From: Trichoplax adhaerens
Taxonomy: Eukaryota; Animalia; Placozoa
DNA length: 32,380 bases
NCBI RefSeq assembly: GCF_000150275.1
Contig: NW_002061016.1
Span: 1 to 32,380, forward strand
Direction: 5' to 3'
The notes under the pieces were generated by a model. It had not been told where the DNA came from and ran no database searches. It was given only the letters and a program-made list of their open reading frames with translations. This document shows positions 11,389 through 24,520 of this stretch, in pieces (within the stretch, counting starts at the first letter, position 1; the number at the start of each line of letters is the position of its first letter). The position numbers and the translations under genes are program-made.

Positions 11389-13928
11389 AAGCTCAGCCTA
11401 TTCTTGGTCTGTTCTGGTCCTCTTGGGATGCTATTTCGATATCATATAATTTCGAATCATAGATGCTTAAAAAATGTCCTTGGGATGCAAATGTCAGTAT
11501 ATATTTACAATATTCCAATAGAATGAATCGTAAACATAAACTAATATCGTTAAGTACGCGCAGAACTAAATATATTCCATTTAATATGAAGAAATCAATC
11601 TATGATTTACTGCATTATACTGATATAACTCTATCATGGATTTCGCTCTTGTTCTTCTCTACCGATTGTGTATCCAATTTTTTGCTTTAATTTACAGGTA
11701 TCAGAGTCGAAAACACTGTATAGATATTTTCTAATTTTAACTAATATGGTATCAAATACCATACAGCGTACATATTTAGTCTAATCATTATTACAGATTA
11801 ATGACTTTCGATGACTAATAAAGGTACAAAATTTTGTTAATTTAATGCAACTGTTAAGAATCTTCTCTTATTATTTCGATTATTTCCTACTACATATTTT
11901 AAATTACAATAAAGACGATAGTTTACTATACAATCATGTAACACTTCATTTTCGTAATGCTGGCATAGCTCAGGCTTACTAGAGAAGATGATGCAATAAC
12001 GCTATTCTTCAACGAGCATTTTGTTCTAGCTTTACGAAAAAGGATGACTTAAATGAGAGTTTTAGAAGCCCTTTTAGAAGCGATACCGTAAACAAAGCAG
12101 ATAATTATCTAAGCAATAAGTAAAATATCACAACCAAAGTCATCATAGGTAAATTTTAAGAAAGATAATCTAATGAAAACTATAAATAAATTGCTTCTAT
12201 CATGTACAGAGTTGCTAAGATCTATGATATGCTTTATTTATCCGAACTTTGTTGATAGTTACATACTATAGTTTAATGAATCTTTTCCTGACTTTCTATA
12301 CGTACGGTACTAAACCTACACTATCTCTCGAACTTCATTTTTTAATCAAAAATATGCTTAGATAATATTATTTCCGTTCTTATTTAATAAAAAATCATAG
12401 GACAGATTTATACCAGTCTTTAAGATGAAAAAATTGTACAATTACGTTTAACATGCGTAATGTTGCTGGTAGTACATATGGTATCGTAATTTTCGGTTAA
12501 CAAATGATGTTACACGAACATCTTATTAAATTACTGGTCAGAAATGAGCCTTGATTTTGGTGTTGACTAACGGTACTATACAGGCATATTGCAATCATAG
12601 CAATTCCTGACCATAAATCCTTACAGCTTCTTAATCATAAAAGAGTATAAGGTGCATTACTGCTGATAGGACCTAAATCAGTAAAGTAAGCTCGGATATT
12701 GCTGTTAGACTTTACGATACAAATTCTCTATTGTTATAAATAAAAAAATTGGTATCGTAACAGTAACTGTAACGCAGCATTATTATTTTAGAGAAATGTA
12801 GTCATTGTTGCCGATTCGTTCATGCAGATTCCAGAAGAATTTATATCCTTACCTCTCTGCATTTCTCCCTTTCATAATTTTGAATAGTAATGCCCCCCTC
12901 CTTAAAAGTTAAAATGAAAAATGGCTTGATTCTTGAAGGAATACTTAATAATAATTGAATCCTCTGTTACAGATGAATTCTAATGTAAATTAATGTAAAT
13001 TAATGTGATGATTAACAAATATGCTACACATTATTATACGAGAAGTTATGTATAATTTACTGTTTCTTAACGAAGTTATTTCTAATAGTGACAAAGTACG
13101 TCTATAGTATTTAAAAATATAAATGCGTTAAATAATGAATGGCTTTATCAGCTCGATAATAATAATAATTCAATTAACGAAGCTTATTTATAGAATTTAT
13201 AATTAGTATACATTTAACTTAAGTTTCAAATATATCCATCTCTGTGCTCGATTGTATTCTATTTTCTCATAATTTTACTCCTTATTAGTTCTGACTAACG
13301 ATATGTACTATCGCCTTAAATATTCTTTTATATAAAATTGAATAAAATGAAATATAAATTTACGCTTGGCAGAATAAGGCATTAAATTGCTACTATACCG
13401 GCTACTAATAGAGCTGCCCTGGAGTTGTCTCAGATTCATCTTAAATTAAAAAATAGACAGCTAATAATCGTCACTAATTAATTATTTTAAATTTTGCATT
13501 CTGTCAATACCGAAAACTGTCATACCATACTGGTGTAATTATTACAGCAATAACATTATATGTCCTATTAAATCCCATTATTCCGTTATGAATAATGTAC
13601 TATAATTACGACCTTATACACTTTTTGTACGGGTACCTTTAGTTTTAGCGATTTTTAATACTACGATTTTTGATTGCAATTCTCTATTTCTAACATCGAA
13701 ATAAAATTCGATATACAGGCTACCAATATTTTATCGCACATATTTTTTAACGTTAAAGCAATGGAGCCTTCCATAATTTTCTAATCATTACATCGAAACT
13801 ACAATCAAATCCATTTATAAGCACTTATTCGCTTGATAAGAAATTAATTTTTCGAAATTTCTTAGGTTGAATAATTTTTTAATCCATCGTTATAGCAGAA
13901 CTTGATCCTTTCCGATTGATCAGTTAAA

Positions 13929-14957
13929 ATGGTATCGATCTTATTCGATAGTTATCCAAATATTATCTTATCCTAGGTTTTTGGACTGACTAGAGTCGAT
14001 GGAAACTGCTATGTTCTTCACAGTACCTTCTCTTTTCTGAAATTAGGGAACTTTAGCAGTGCAAATATATACTCTTATCGTTCTCAAAGACCATTGCTAA
14101 ATCCTATGCAAGGAAAAACTTTCGTAATATTTATCTTCAATCAAGCGATAAACGATTTACTGAGTTCATGTTATTTATTTATTTTGGCAGGATCAGATAT
14201 TCACTATCGCTTCGATACTGCAACACCATCAAATACGTCAACTTCAAATATTAGCTTTGCTGTACCAATTTAAATATTTTCGAAATGGCTAGATGATTCA
14301 GCTTGCTATTTTGCAAGATTTCTTCATATCACATCTATTACTCAGTCAATCACCATAACAGGATTGATTGCAATTGATAGACTTTTCCGCATTAAGTATC
14401 CATTTTCTAACACTTTACGTTTAACAACAAAGTATTCTATAATACTTGTTATAATTTTTTGGTTGATGGCTATTGTTACTCCTGTATTAGGCAATTATTT
14501 CGCATATTTATCGCGTCCTTTAAATTTAAATTATTTGAAACTTTATTTATATCGTAATTTATGCGCTATCGAAACAGTTGATGAAGTTCCAGAGAAAATA
14601 TACTTGTTGATAATGATAGTCCTGAATTTAATAAATTACACGGCAGCTATTAGTATGTACAACATGATTGCAGCTAAAATCAGACAAACTAACAATGATA
14701 GTACGATCAAAAACAATTTAACACATCATTAAGCGGAAGGAAAAGTTTTAATAATAGCAATTGTAATTGTAATTACAAACTTTATTTCTTGGTTTCTTGC
14801 ATTTATTGGAGGAATCATAACCGTTATTAATAGCCATTTCGTAATTAGTGATGATTATTTTATATTAATTTCTTCCATGTGTACAATTTTTATTCAAGCA
14901 AACGGCAGCATTAATCCGGTTATATTTATTTACGCACTACGCGTAAAAATGGGATGA
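13929..14957 (+). pseudogene. LGR-like GPCR pseudogene, closest paralog of 10343-11388
   Basis: One continuous frame MVSILFDSYPNIILS*VFG...IFNQAINDLL...LIAIDRLF...TNFISWFLAF...QANGSINPVIF with in-frame stops at 13974, 14271 and 14730. Conserved residues are also lost (NLA>NQA, WFP>WFL). Confidence 0.92.
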
Positions 14958-15111
14958 AAATTCCTATTAATAGACCATTTTCGAAATTCGTTTTAAAAAG
15001 AAAGCATTTGATACTGATTTAGCAGTTTAGATAGAATACGCCTTCGCATTGCAAATTCTGTTTAATACGCTTATAGTATTTTTATGTGTAAAAGCGCCTT
15101 TCCAATATTCA

Positions 15112-15224
15112 CTAGTACAAACTCCCGTCACTTTGCTGACAGTTTACGATAATGTGCTCATTTAGCAAATAGTATTATCATTTGATAGACCTGTCAGAGG
15201 TTCAGTAACTTTATACCGTGTACT
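15112..15224 (-). mobile_element. Short Helitron-like element, inverted copy of 9412-9535
   Basis: The reverse complement reads agtacacggtataaagttactgaacctctgacaggtcta...taaatgagcacattatcgtaaactgtcagcaaagtgacgggagtttgtaCTAG|t. Confidence 0.6.
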
Positions 15225-15290
15225 ACAAGATAATGTGATTTAATACTGTAATTTAATCGTATTATTATCACAAAAAAATCTATTATATGT

Positions 15291-15845
15291 TGTCACGTTA
15301 CCTTTTTGCCGTGATGAGTTAGAAGTGTTATGGTGTTTGTTAGTAAGGTGTTTTGATGATCAACTGTCCTTAGTTATTTTGTATGTATTCGAATAGGAGG
15401 ATAGACTAGGGAAATATAAATATTGATGCTGTGCAACCTTTGTGTTAGAGAGTTGTTTATGCTGACACGATTTGTAGTCGTGTTGTAAGATTATTACTGG
15501 ATAGGAGGTTATGGTTGTGAGATCTCCTACGTGAGATTAATGTAAATAGTAAATATCTTAGAAAGTATATAAAGGCTAACTATGCTGTAATGTGGACGAG
15601 GAGAAAGGCATAGAAAAGAATAAACTGTAGTGATAGTTATCTGTTCAAAAGCCTAGAATTAGCTACTTGTGTAATCGAGTAACCTAGTGACGGTCAAAGA
15701 AGTGTAGTCCCACACCCGAGAAGTTAGTGTTCTAATAGGAAGCGTAGTTCCAGTAGCACTTGTTCAGTGTCGTGATTGTACCGTACTTAGCTAAGCTTTA
15801 CACGATAAGTAAAGATCCTGTGTCACAGAAAACGTGGTTGTGACA
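15291..15845 (+). mobile_element. Solo-LTR-like element (555 bp)
   Basis: Perfect 6-bp terminal inverted repeats TGTCAC...GTGACA, TSD TATGT/CATGT, internal TATAAA near 15568 and AATAAA near 15619. Confidence 0.78.
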
Positions 15846-15862
15846 CATGTACCGTACTAAAG

Positions 15863-16495
15863 TGTTGCAGTGTTATACACTGTAATATTCAGATTATAGT
15901 AGAAACATCTATGTTAGGATAATTTTGTTGATTTACCCTTATATGTAGAGTTTCTAATTTAGATATGTGATATTTAAATATAGCATTAGCTTTTATGGTG
16001 ATATATACAGCCTACTGAAATTAGTAGCTTAATTAGGGAATCGAGAATAATCTTCTTACAATTCAAATCACTGTGATTGTAACTTACTTACGGTAGATTG
16101 TAGATAATCGTAGAAATGTTCCGTGATAGGACATATTGTAATCTGACAATTTTGTACTGGTCATTCGATGTCTATGCTCGCAAATACTGTTGTCTTCATT
16201 AGGTAGCAGTAGATAAAATTAACTTTGATGCTTTATCAGGTTTCAACATTAACATTACTAACTAGGATGTTTTTGCTATTGTTAAAGAGTATATAAATGC
16301 GATAAATCGTATATTAAAGTTAGTTCTTGTGATTAGTATTTAAGGTAAGATAAGAGGCGTCTAAGTCTTTTTGTAGTCTACTAGTTTAGGAAAAGTGTTC
16401 CTGAAAGAGTAGATATTGCTCTCTGATACGTGGCTTAAGGAATCGACTGATTGATCGTGCATTACGTTATCTTGTTGCAAAGATGTTTTGTAACA
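15863..16495 (+). mobile_element. Solo-LTR-like element (633 bp)
   Basis: TGTTGCA...TGTAACA ends, TSD TAAAG/TATAG. Confidence 0.5.
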
Positions 16496-18340
16496 TATAG
16501 TTGAAGTTAGATTTATATAATTCATAATCTCTTAATCCAACGGTTTACCTGTCACAAATATCATGAAATTTAGATAAGCTACAATATGATGAATGGTAGT
16601 AATAAACTCAATTGGTATTACCATTATCTCTTACTCATCTGAATTTTAAGATTTCTTATTAAGACGATTTATCAATATACGAAAAGTTTTATAGTAAATT
16701 ATCATACATTATTGTAACTACTCGATGTCTGCAATTACAGGATATTTAAAACTATATAATATTATTTTAATTAAGCTATTATTATATGAAAATATACTCG
16801 CGCAATCGCATTTGTAAACCCTCATTAGGTAAAAAGACCGCCAATAAATGTTCTGTTTAACGTACGATACCCAAAGGATATCATTTCGTACTAATAATAT
16901 TACCAATAATAGAGCAAGCTTGGCATCACATTGTGCTCAATCACTATTGTTCTAGTAAGTGTGTTAGTCAATTCGTGTTTAGAAAATGACTGTGATATTA
17001 ACTCCTGATTTATATTACTATAGTAAGCCTTCATATTTAAGTACAGACTTACGCCTTAATTTCAAGCATTTAACATTATACAATATTAATCATGAAGCTT
17101 GACTCTCCAACTAATTGCATACAATTTAAATGATGCAGCAGAGAATGTAAATATATTATTTCTTATTATTACAAGATATGTTTATCATTTCAGTTTTCAA
17201 TATTGCATTAATAAACTATTAGCAGTAATAATAATTTACGAAATTAAGATTAATTGCAAAATTATTAATACGCATGCTGTAGAAGTATCCTATTTAACTT
17301 GAAAGCTTATAGAATGATATCAAAATTTGATTATCCTCCATTTTCCCATACATTTACTTTCTCCCATCATATCCAATAATTACTTCCAAAATAGTATTGA
17401 CAACTTAATTCCAATATACAAAAGATACTTTAAAACCAACGTAGATCAGAAACTGTCAGAAGGAAAATATTGCTATGAATCATTCTTAGGAGTCTTTATG
17501 CGGCTACGACTATCTAAAATTAATGTCAACAAGGGAGAATAACAGATACGAGCTTATTTCTAAATTCAATTTTCTCGTAATGCCAAATAGTGCACCTTAT
17601 CATTATAAATACAATAAAAATTGAGCTGTAACTAACTTGTTTAACTATATCTTACTATCTCTTCATGAATACTATGCTGCTATAATTGCTGCGATACGCT
17701 ATATATATTAAAAAATTTTTAGTTTAAAAATCTTGGTACCAATGTTAACAAATAGAATTTTAACTGATAGCCGCTTTCTGTAATAAGAAATCTTAAGTAT
17801 ATACTAATAAACATCAAGGGAAATCACCGATAATCGACATGAAAATAACTGATAATTGTCAATTCTGTCCATTTACTTGCGAGAGCAATTTAATTGTTTG
17901 CAGGAGTAATAAAGCATCTAATTTATGTTAAAAAAATGAAGCCTCTGCATTTTAGGAAAACAATTCACTGTATTACATAGAATCACGTCTTCTACCAAGG
18001 ACTGTATTAACTAATCAACTATTCTAACATACTTCGCATCCTTCTTTGGTATTACAACACCTAAACAAGATATTTCTAAGTAAAGCTACAATATCTACTG
18101 TAGCTAGTTAGCCTTATTTAGCTAATTTACCTTGATTAGAATCTTATCACTCTACAATTTCACAATCCATCGTTTTCTACTCACAATTTTCACAATCTAT
18201 TTAGCTATATTTGGGATACGCTACAACTGGCTTCAAACTTCAGAACGGAGTGCATTGTTTCTGATATTAGCACGGTAGTCTTTATTCCATTGATAGCGTT
18301 ACCACAAATTTAGAGAAAATGTACTTTTCAGTAATGGATA

Positions 18341-18734
18341 TGTAATAATTTAGCTTAATTTTGCTAAGATACACTAAGGTTGGTGACACTTTGAACCAAG
18401 ATAGAGATTAGGGGAACAACACCAGTTTATTTAATATATTTTACTTTATAGATTAAAAAGCCACTTAAGTGAGTCTTGCAATAGGTATAACAATACGGCT
18501 GAACACTATATGAAACTAACAAGCGAAATGATCTATAAAGTTTACCAAACAAAACAACTTACGATTTCTTCTTAAGTTACACGACCCCTAGTGGTCAAGA
18601 CCACGACTTCGATTAACACCAAGAACGACAAACAGGAGATATAATTAGTATAGAAACGTATGTCGTAGTTATTTCTACTTATAGCATGATCACAGAAAAA
18701 GTAATACAGGTTAAAAAGATTAACTTGGATCACA
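18341..18734 (-). mobile_element. Solo-LTR-like insertion within the TLR fossil
   Basis: TGTAAT...ATCACA ends and a degenerate TSD GGATA/GTCTA. Removing it plus one TSD joins the flanks in frame (GLLDIHY*KVHFL). Confidence 0.5.
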
Positions 18735-19101
18735 GTCTATCCAACAGCCCATAGTATGGAAAGGAAAGTTTTCATTACGGCAAGAGTAATTGTAATCACA
18801 AATTTTCGCGACCGGTTTCTCTTCTTTATTGCAAGGCTTACCAATATCTTCAACGATCGTTTTTGCTCAACAAAGACCAATTTTTATTGCTTTACTCTAT
18901 ATGCACTATCATTCTTCAAAAAAGTAGCATTATAACCCAATCTTATTTTTTTGTCTTTATAAAATAGTTAAGTGTAGATTCCTAATATTGACTATTTCTG
19001 AATTTGGTATCAATGCAGTAGATGTATGATGCTATTGCTTTATTCATTATAAGAAATATTTGTTCGTTGTACCATTTTTACTTGGCAGAACATTTTATTT
19101 T

Positions 19102-19557
19102 TGTAATTTACGGTTCCTTTGGTCACTTTTAAAGTAACTGTTACGGTTCTAAGATTCAGTGCATTGTTATAATTAGTAGCGAAATATTATATGCACGATT
19201 AGTTCGTTATATAGTATTGCTAAGTAAATATTTAAGGGTATAATTGTGTGATGGCTGTACAGTACGCATTAGTGTATTACCGATAACACTGATATGTGAT
19301 GGAATGTACTGGAAATACCAGGAGAATAGACTAGATATAAGACGTTGAGATTAGAAGTAAAGAGCAGATTATGCACGTGCATTCAAACGAAGTCTAAACT
19401 GGTTAACGGTAGCTAAGAAATATAAATACAGAAAATAGAATTAATCTCTAATAAAAGTAATAATAATACTATATTATATAATTAATTGAAGAATCCTGTA
19501 AAGTGTACAGTACATAAGATAAAACTAAGTGAATGATGATAGATTTGGTTAATTACA
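19102..19557 (+). mobile_element. Solo-LTR-like insertion within the TLR fossil
   Basis: 7-bp terminal inverted repeats TGTAATT...AATTACA, internal TATAA and AATAAA, degenerate TSD ATTTT/ATCCT. Confidence 0.45.
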
Positions 19558-20795
19558 ATCCTTTAATTCTATCCAACTTAGCTTATCTATCTGCCTATCA
19601 ACATCATTCAATCAAAGTCAAACAAACACATTAGCGGCTATTAATAATGGTATGTAATCAAGCAATTACATAGTTTTTTTATATCTTCCAAATCCATAAT
19701 AAATCGCCGATAAAATCGTAATACAAGAAATAACTATATATTCTGTTGCACCTACTAGAATTATAATATGTATGCATAGACTTTAAGCTGCTAGCAGTAA
19801 TTCTTTATAATTTTTTAATATTGTAAAATTGAATATCAGTTGGGTGTATATTTATGATAGAAAGTCGTCAAGAACCATCCATGCAGTAATGAAAAGACAT
19901 TGTACTCTAACTAATTGCACGCTAACTCGCAAATTTCTCTCCTCGTCCAGGTAGAAGCACGTTCTGCTAAAAGTACAATATATTTTTACATAGAGATGAC
20001 TTTGTATAATTTAGAGTATATACTTTGCATGTTGACAGATTTTAGCGTCCGTATCTACTGAAATAGCTGGCCTTTATTGCTTACAGTGCTAAAAATTTTT
20101 GATTACACCATTAATCCTGAATAAATAGACATGTTCTTAATCCTTTGAATCAATTTATAAATCGGAACTATGAATAGTCGTTCTATTTCCTTAGTCCGAA
20201 AACTTTTTTATGTGTAAGAATTATATTAGACTTAATATACGGCTATTATCTAGTTACATTGTAGTTATTTTAGAATAATGAACTGTAATATTCATAGATT
20301 ATATATGAAGTCTTACTTCCTACTGAGAAGTGGCTGCAGATTAGAGAAAGAATTCATTTAAACAATTACCATACTGAAAATATAAACTATCATGTAGCGT
20401 GACTGGCATGCAACTACATTTGGTCGGCTGATGGTCACTCTTTAAAAATAAAATTATCTTCAATAAATACGGCTTATTGTTATACTACAATAGTCATTTC
20501 GAAAATTCATACAGTCTACAACTCGGAGCAATTTACAATATCTGAAATCATTGCCGTTCCTTTTACAGGTTTGCCGTGAACACTGCCTCAAGACCCAATA
20601 GAATCAGACATAATAGTTCAAAATTAACCCCTATTATTTTACATTCGTATTTTATATCGCTAAAAGAAGAATGTACGCTCACTAATAGCCTTTAACCTTT
20701 AGATGGATGTTTATGCCTTCTTAAATAAGTCCAATACAAGTAAATGCCGATATACAGACAATAGAAACGACCTTTTATGTCTTTACAAAACTGAT

Positions 20796-20930
20796 AGAAC
20801 ATACACTTATTATGTTAATATTTCGATTTTAAGAGTAGGCATATTGATGGCTGTTGTAACTCAGAACATACACTCATCGTGTTGCAATACTTCAATTTTA
20901 ACAGCATATATACTGATAGCTGTTTTAACT
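20796..20930. repeat. Diverged ~67-bp tandem duplication
   Basis: agaacatacact...ctgttgtaact and agaacatacact...ctgttttaact, starting at 20796 and 20863. Confidence 0.7.
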
Positions 20931-20985
20931 TTAAGCTAAATAGTTCGGTATCTTTAGAGTATGGATAGAAGTAGGTGATTAATAA

Positions 20986-21507
20986 TGTGATATTTTGGTA
21001 GATTTAGGATCAGTAATTGCAATTAAATTACCAGACTTAAATTAGAAGGGAAGTATAGTTTATTGGAATTAGTGCCATGAGGAAAACTGTGTAAGGTCAT
21101 AGCGTGTACAACGACATCATTAGTCGAATAGCTATTATAATGTAGAATAGGTAAAGTGTGCATTACACTGTGCAAGCTTACCGTGTAACTAGCAGGACTA
21201 ACTAACGAGATAGATGCAAGATTAGCGCTTTTATAATATAAGAAGCACAGCAGGAGGAAATCTTTCTTAAATCACGAATGACTTATGAATAACTTAATTC
21301 TATATTAGGGTAGTTCTACAATACAATCAAGCTAGATTATAAGAGATTTCCTCAGTATGAATAGTTAAATGTAAATTAGACCAATAAGGAGTTACGATAC
21401 AATCTATGTGAAAATTAATTTTACTAAGAATAGACTAATCCGTATTTAAAAGTATACACTGCAGTCTTAGGTAAAGTCTGCTTCAAGAAAATCCCGAATT
21501 CATTACA
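20986..21507 (-). mobile_element. Solo-LTR-like element (522 bp) inserted in the TLR fossil
   Basis: TGTGAT...ATTACA ends and a perfect TSD AATAA (20981-85 / 21508-12). Excision rejoins the LRR frame (..KDLRA*LSY*SPTSIHTLKIPNY). Confidence 0.8.
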
Positions 21508-23790
21508 AATAACTTAATTAGGCTCGTAGATCTTTATTAAGGAGTAATTGAGTTATTTCTTGATTATTGTGCCGACTATCTGGGTTCTAAGAGATAATTT
21601 AGGGAAGTCCTTTCGAAGAATTACGACAATGACATCAATAAAAATCATATGAACAATATGCTACCATAGACAATTAAAACGCAGTTGGGTAGCTATCCTA
21701 TTCATAGTAAGGTACTTATAGATTCTATTTATTTTGCAACTTTTCAATTTATTGCTATATAGCCATAAATTATCAATACTTGAAGCGATTAAAGTAGAAA
21801 GAATCGATGATCACTGTTGAGACTGTCACTGTGTTGAATTATATGCTGTAAGCTGTTCAACTGTAGGTTCCTATTTCGAAATTGAATCTCGAGACAGCCT
21901 ATCAATGAAGTCTTGCGATAAAGTCTTACGCTCAATATGAATAATGCTTATCACTACTATTAGACGTAGTTTCCAATCTATTGTATTAAGTCTGCTACCA
22001 TTTTTAAATACTGCAGCGAAATAAAAGAATTTTCAATGATGTAGAAAACAAGAGGAATATATACCATTGAAATCGATTTCTTAAGAGCTATCTTGCAGAT
22101 CGTGATTTTAGTGTTTTATTATATACGGTATGCTATTGCATCTTTCTAGACTTTATGCTGACGCACTTAAAACTTTAAGAGAAAAAACTTAGCTCTTATT
22201 ATTGCTTTAATCCTAATCAAGCCACAATCCATAGCTGTTACATATCTTAAACTAACTGTATAGTGGAACAGAAAGTGATATTTAAACTTAAACATCATGT
22301 TTAGAAAGCGATTTTTATACTGAAATAATAATTATTCCTTGTAGACTATACTCGTACATATACATGTAGTTTCTGCTAGAGGGCAATTACCTCAATATTA
22401 CCATGCTTATTGATTTTCTTGACTTGCTATCTTTCTTAATTTATAACGACATTATCTTTACTTGTTGCTGCTTTACGTTATTGAACCAAAAAAACTTCTT
22501 AAATTAGTCTTTCATCTTCGTTGGACAAAAGAAAAACACCCACTATTATTTTCTTTTAAAGGTCCGTCAATTTTTTATATAAGTAAAAATAATAAAACGA
22601 ATATGTTCCGCAAAAAAGGCTTCTTAGTTGCTATTTCGAAGACTATACAGCCTGTTGTACCAACTAAAAGAATTAATACAGGTCACTATTTCTATGTAGA
22701 CCATAGTAAATGAAATCATTGTTTAGAATTGATTTTAAAGGAAATAATGTTTCGTAGTTTATGCGGATTGTAGCTCAATGACAAAGCAATAGTAATAATA
22801 AAGGTCAACGGCCTATAAAACTGATATAATGGTTTCAGTGCCGAATGGCATGAGTGAGAATTGCCATTTTAATTTTACTTCTAATCAATCTTGGTATGCT
22901 TAATGATAGTTTTATTGCATTACATCTACGTACTTTTAGTATCAATTCAAAATCGATACTTTCAGTTTATATATATATCGTCGAAGATAATTTTTTACCT
23001 GTGGATATCTCATAAAAACGGTGAAAATTTTTTTGAGGTGTTGTCCGACTTGCAATCTTTACCATCATTTTTAAAGGTATACTCAAATTAAGTAAAAACA
23101 TTCATAAAATGACTATTATGAGTCGAAATTTGAGCTTTGAGAGTCTCAAGAAGTGTAGTTTGTGGTTTATGAGAAAAGCTAACGTTGCAAAATAAAAGTT
23201 TCAATAAATCAAAATTTAAAGAAACCAAAGGGGGCAAATATTATTTTGTTTTACGGCATTGATGTAGACTTTATTTATTTGGACCCTACCACGATTTGAC
23301 TACAAAGGACATAGAATGTAATAGGAGTTCATGAATGTTATTCTACCCGGTGGTCTCACGCCTTGTAAGATATCCTGAAAAGTTCTTATCCCTATAATAT
23401 GAGGTATTTATGTACTCATATATATATATTTGTATCTTTTTATTTTTTTATTGATCTACTCGAACAATGGGAGGCGAGCTATTCTGAAGTTTCACAAGAG
23501 AAATAGGTCATGCATGAAGTTATCTTTTGCTAATCCATGAACTTGTCTAGAATAGCAATGACTGGATAGTTGATTTGATCAATTATTTCTCCTAATTTGC
23601 GAAAAGCTTTCACTTATGTTTGGATAATGCTTGCCTAAATTCTCAACTTATAAGCAGATATTTAATGCAATATGAATGAAAGTAAACTTCTTCGCATTTT
23701 CTATACTATTGATTGTAAACAGCGTCGAGCTGAAAAGCACTTCCGGGCCGTAGTCGCTTTCTTCACAGTATTTTTGCAAAGAGTAAAACT

Positions 23791-23982
23791 ACCAGTAGTA
23801 TATCTGCTCTCTTTGTTGTGTAAAGTACTATATTTTAAAATTTGGTAATTATCTGTCTCCAAATTAAGCAACAGTTGGTTATATCGACCAGTAGTATATC
23901 TGCTCTCTTTGTTGTGTAAAGTACTGTATTTTAAAATTTGGTAATTACCTGTCCCCAAATTAAGCAACAGCTAGCTATATCG
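23791..23982. repeat. 96-bp tandem duplication (2 copies, 6 differences)
   Basis: Units 23791-23886 and 23887-23982. This explains the internal repeat of ORF 23701-23967. Confidence 0.95.
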
Positions 23983-24520
23983 GAGTTAAAGACCCCCCCT
24001 GATCTTTGGAAGAAATTTTATTAAATAAGCTTTGGTCAAGCATAGATCCTTAGAGAGCTCACGGCTTCGGAGTTCCTAAATACACGTATACTGTCCTATC
24101 GATGAATACAACAATTATAAGAAAGGATCCTGGACAATTGCCACGAATAGAATAACTTGGATCCTGGTTTGTACGTAAACAGCAATGCTATGACGATTAT
24201 AATTCGACAACATTCATTTGATGGCTAGGACATATCGAGGAGATGCTTTTGTTATTGATCGCTATTGTGAATTTAAAGCAATCAAACTAAAGGAGAAAGT
24301 TTCGTTTAGAACAGATAATAATAATATAAGCTAAAAGACTGTAATTATTTTAAGGATTCAGGTAAGCAATACAGTTAGCTTTAAAAGAAAGACAATAAAG
24401 AGAGAGCGGTATAAGCCAACTTCAAAGAATCGAACACCTATAAATTATCAGATACATACCGAAATGTTTACTAATTGCTTCAGTGAAAGATCATTAGCAA
24501 TTGACCGAAAGTTTGCATTA

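Larger units (their letters stand above)
17320..22298 (-). pseudogene. Fossil Toll-like receptor (signal peptide, LRR array, Cys cap, TM, TIR), interrupted by LTR insertions
   Basis: Ordered minus-strand remnants. Start: MMFKFKYHFLFHYTVSLRYVTAMDC (22298). LRR-like: AAVFKNGSRLNTIDW (22017), IDNLWLYSNKLKS (21777), SKGLP*IIS*NPDSRHNNQEITQL (21616), RHLLVLDLF (20749), RLKAISERTF, KVHFL*ICGNAINGI (18327). Cap: FEASCSV, RCFITPA, IDNYQLFSC. TM/juxtamembrane: LSVISLDVY*YILKISYYRKR. TIR-like: YSSIFIV/YNDK (17630), EKIEFRNK/RICYS (17576-17533), IHSNIFLLTVS..F*SIFCILEL (17480-17406), LFWK*LLDMM (17394-17365). Confidence 0.6.

Noticed and set aside
11463-13900. ORF 11463-11690 and exon-like fragments near 11980-12150 and 12850
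   Set aside because: No recognisable homology by eye.
16718-23091. Short ORFs at 16718, 17099, 17327, 20703, 22462 and 22891
   Set aside because: Low-complexity AT-rich chance ORFs. Those at 17327 and 20703 are antisense to the TLR fossil.
23701-23967. 88-aa ORF with an internal repeat
   Set aside because: By-product of the 96-bp tandem duplication; non-ATG start and no recognisable domain.
23960-24010. Ankyrin-like DQGGSLTPI*LAVA on the minus strand
   Set aside because: Single short motif with no neighbouring repeats.
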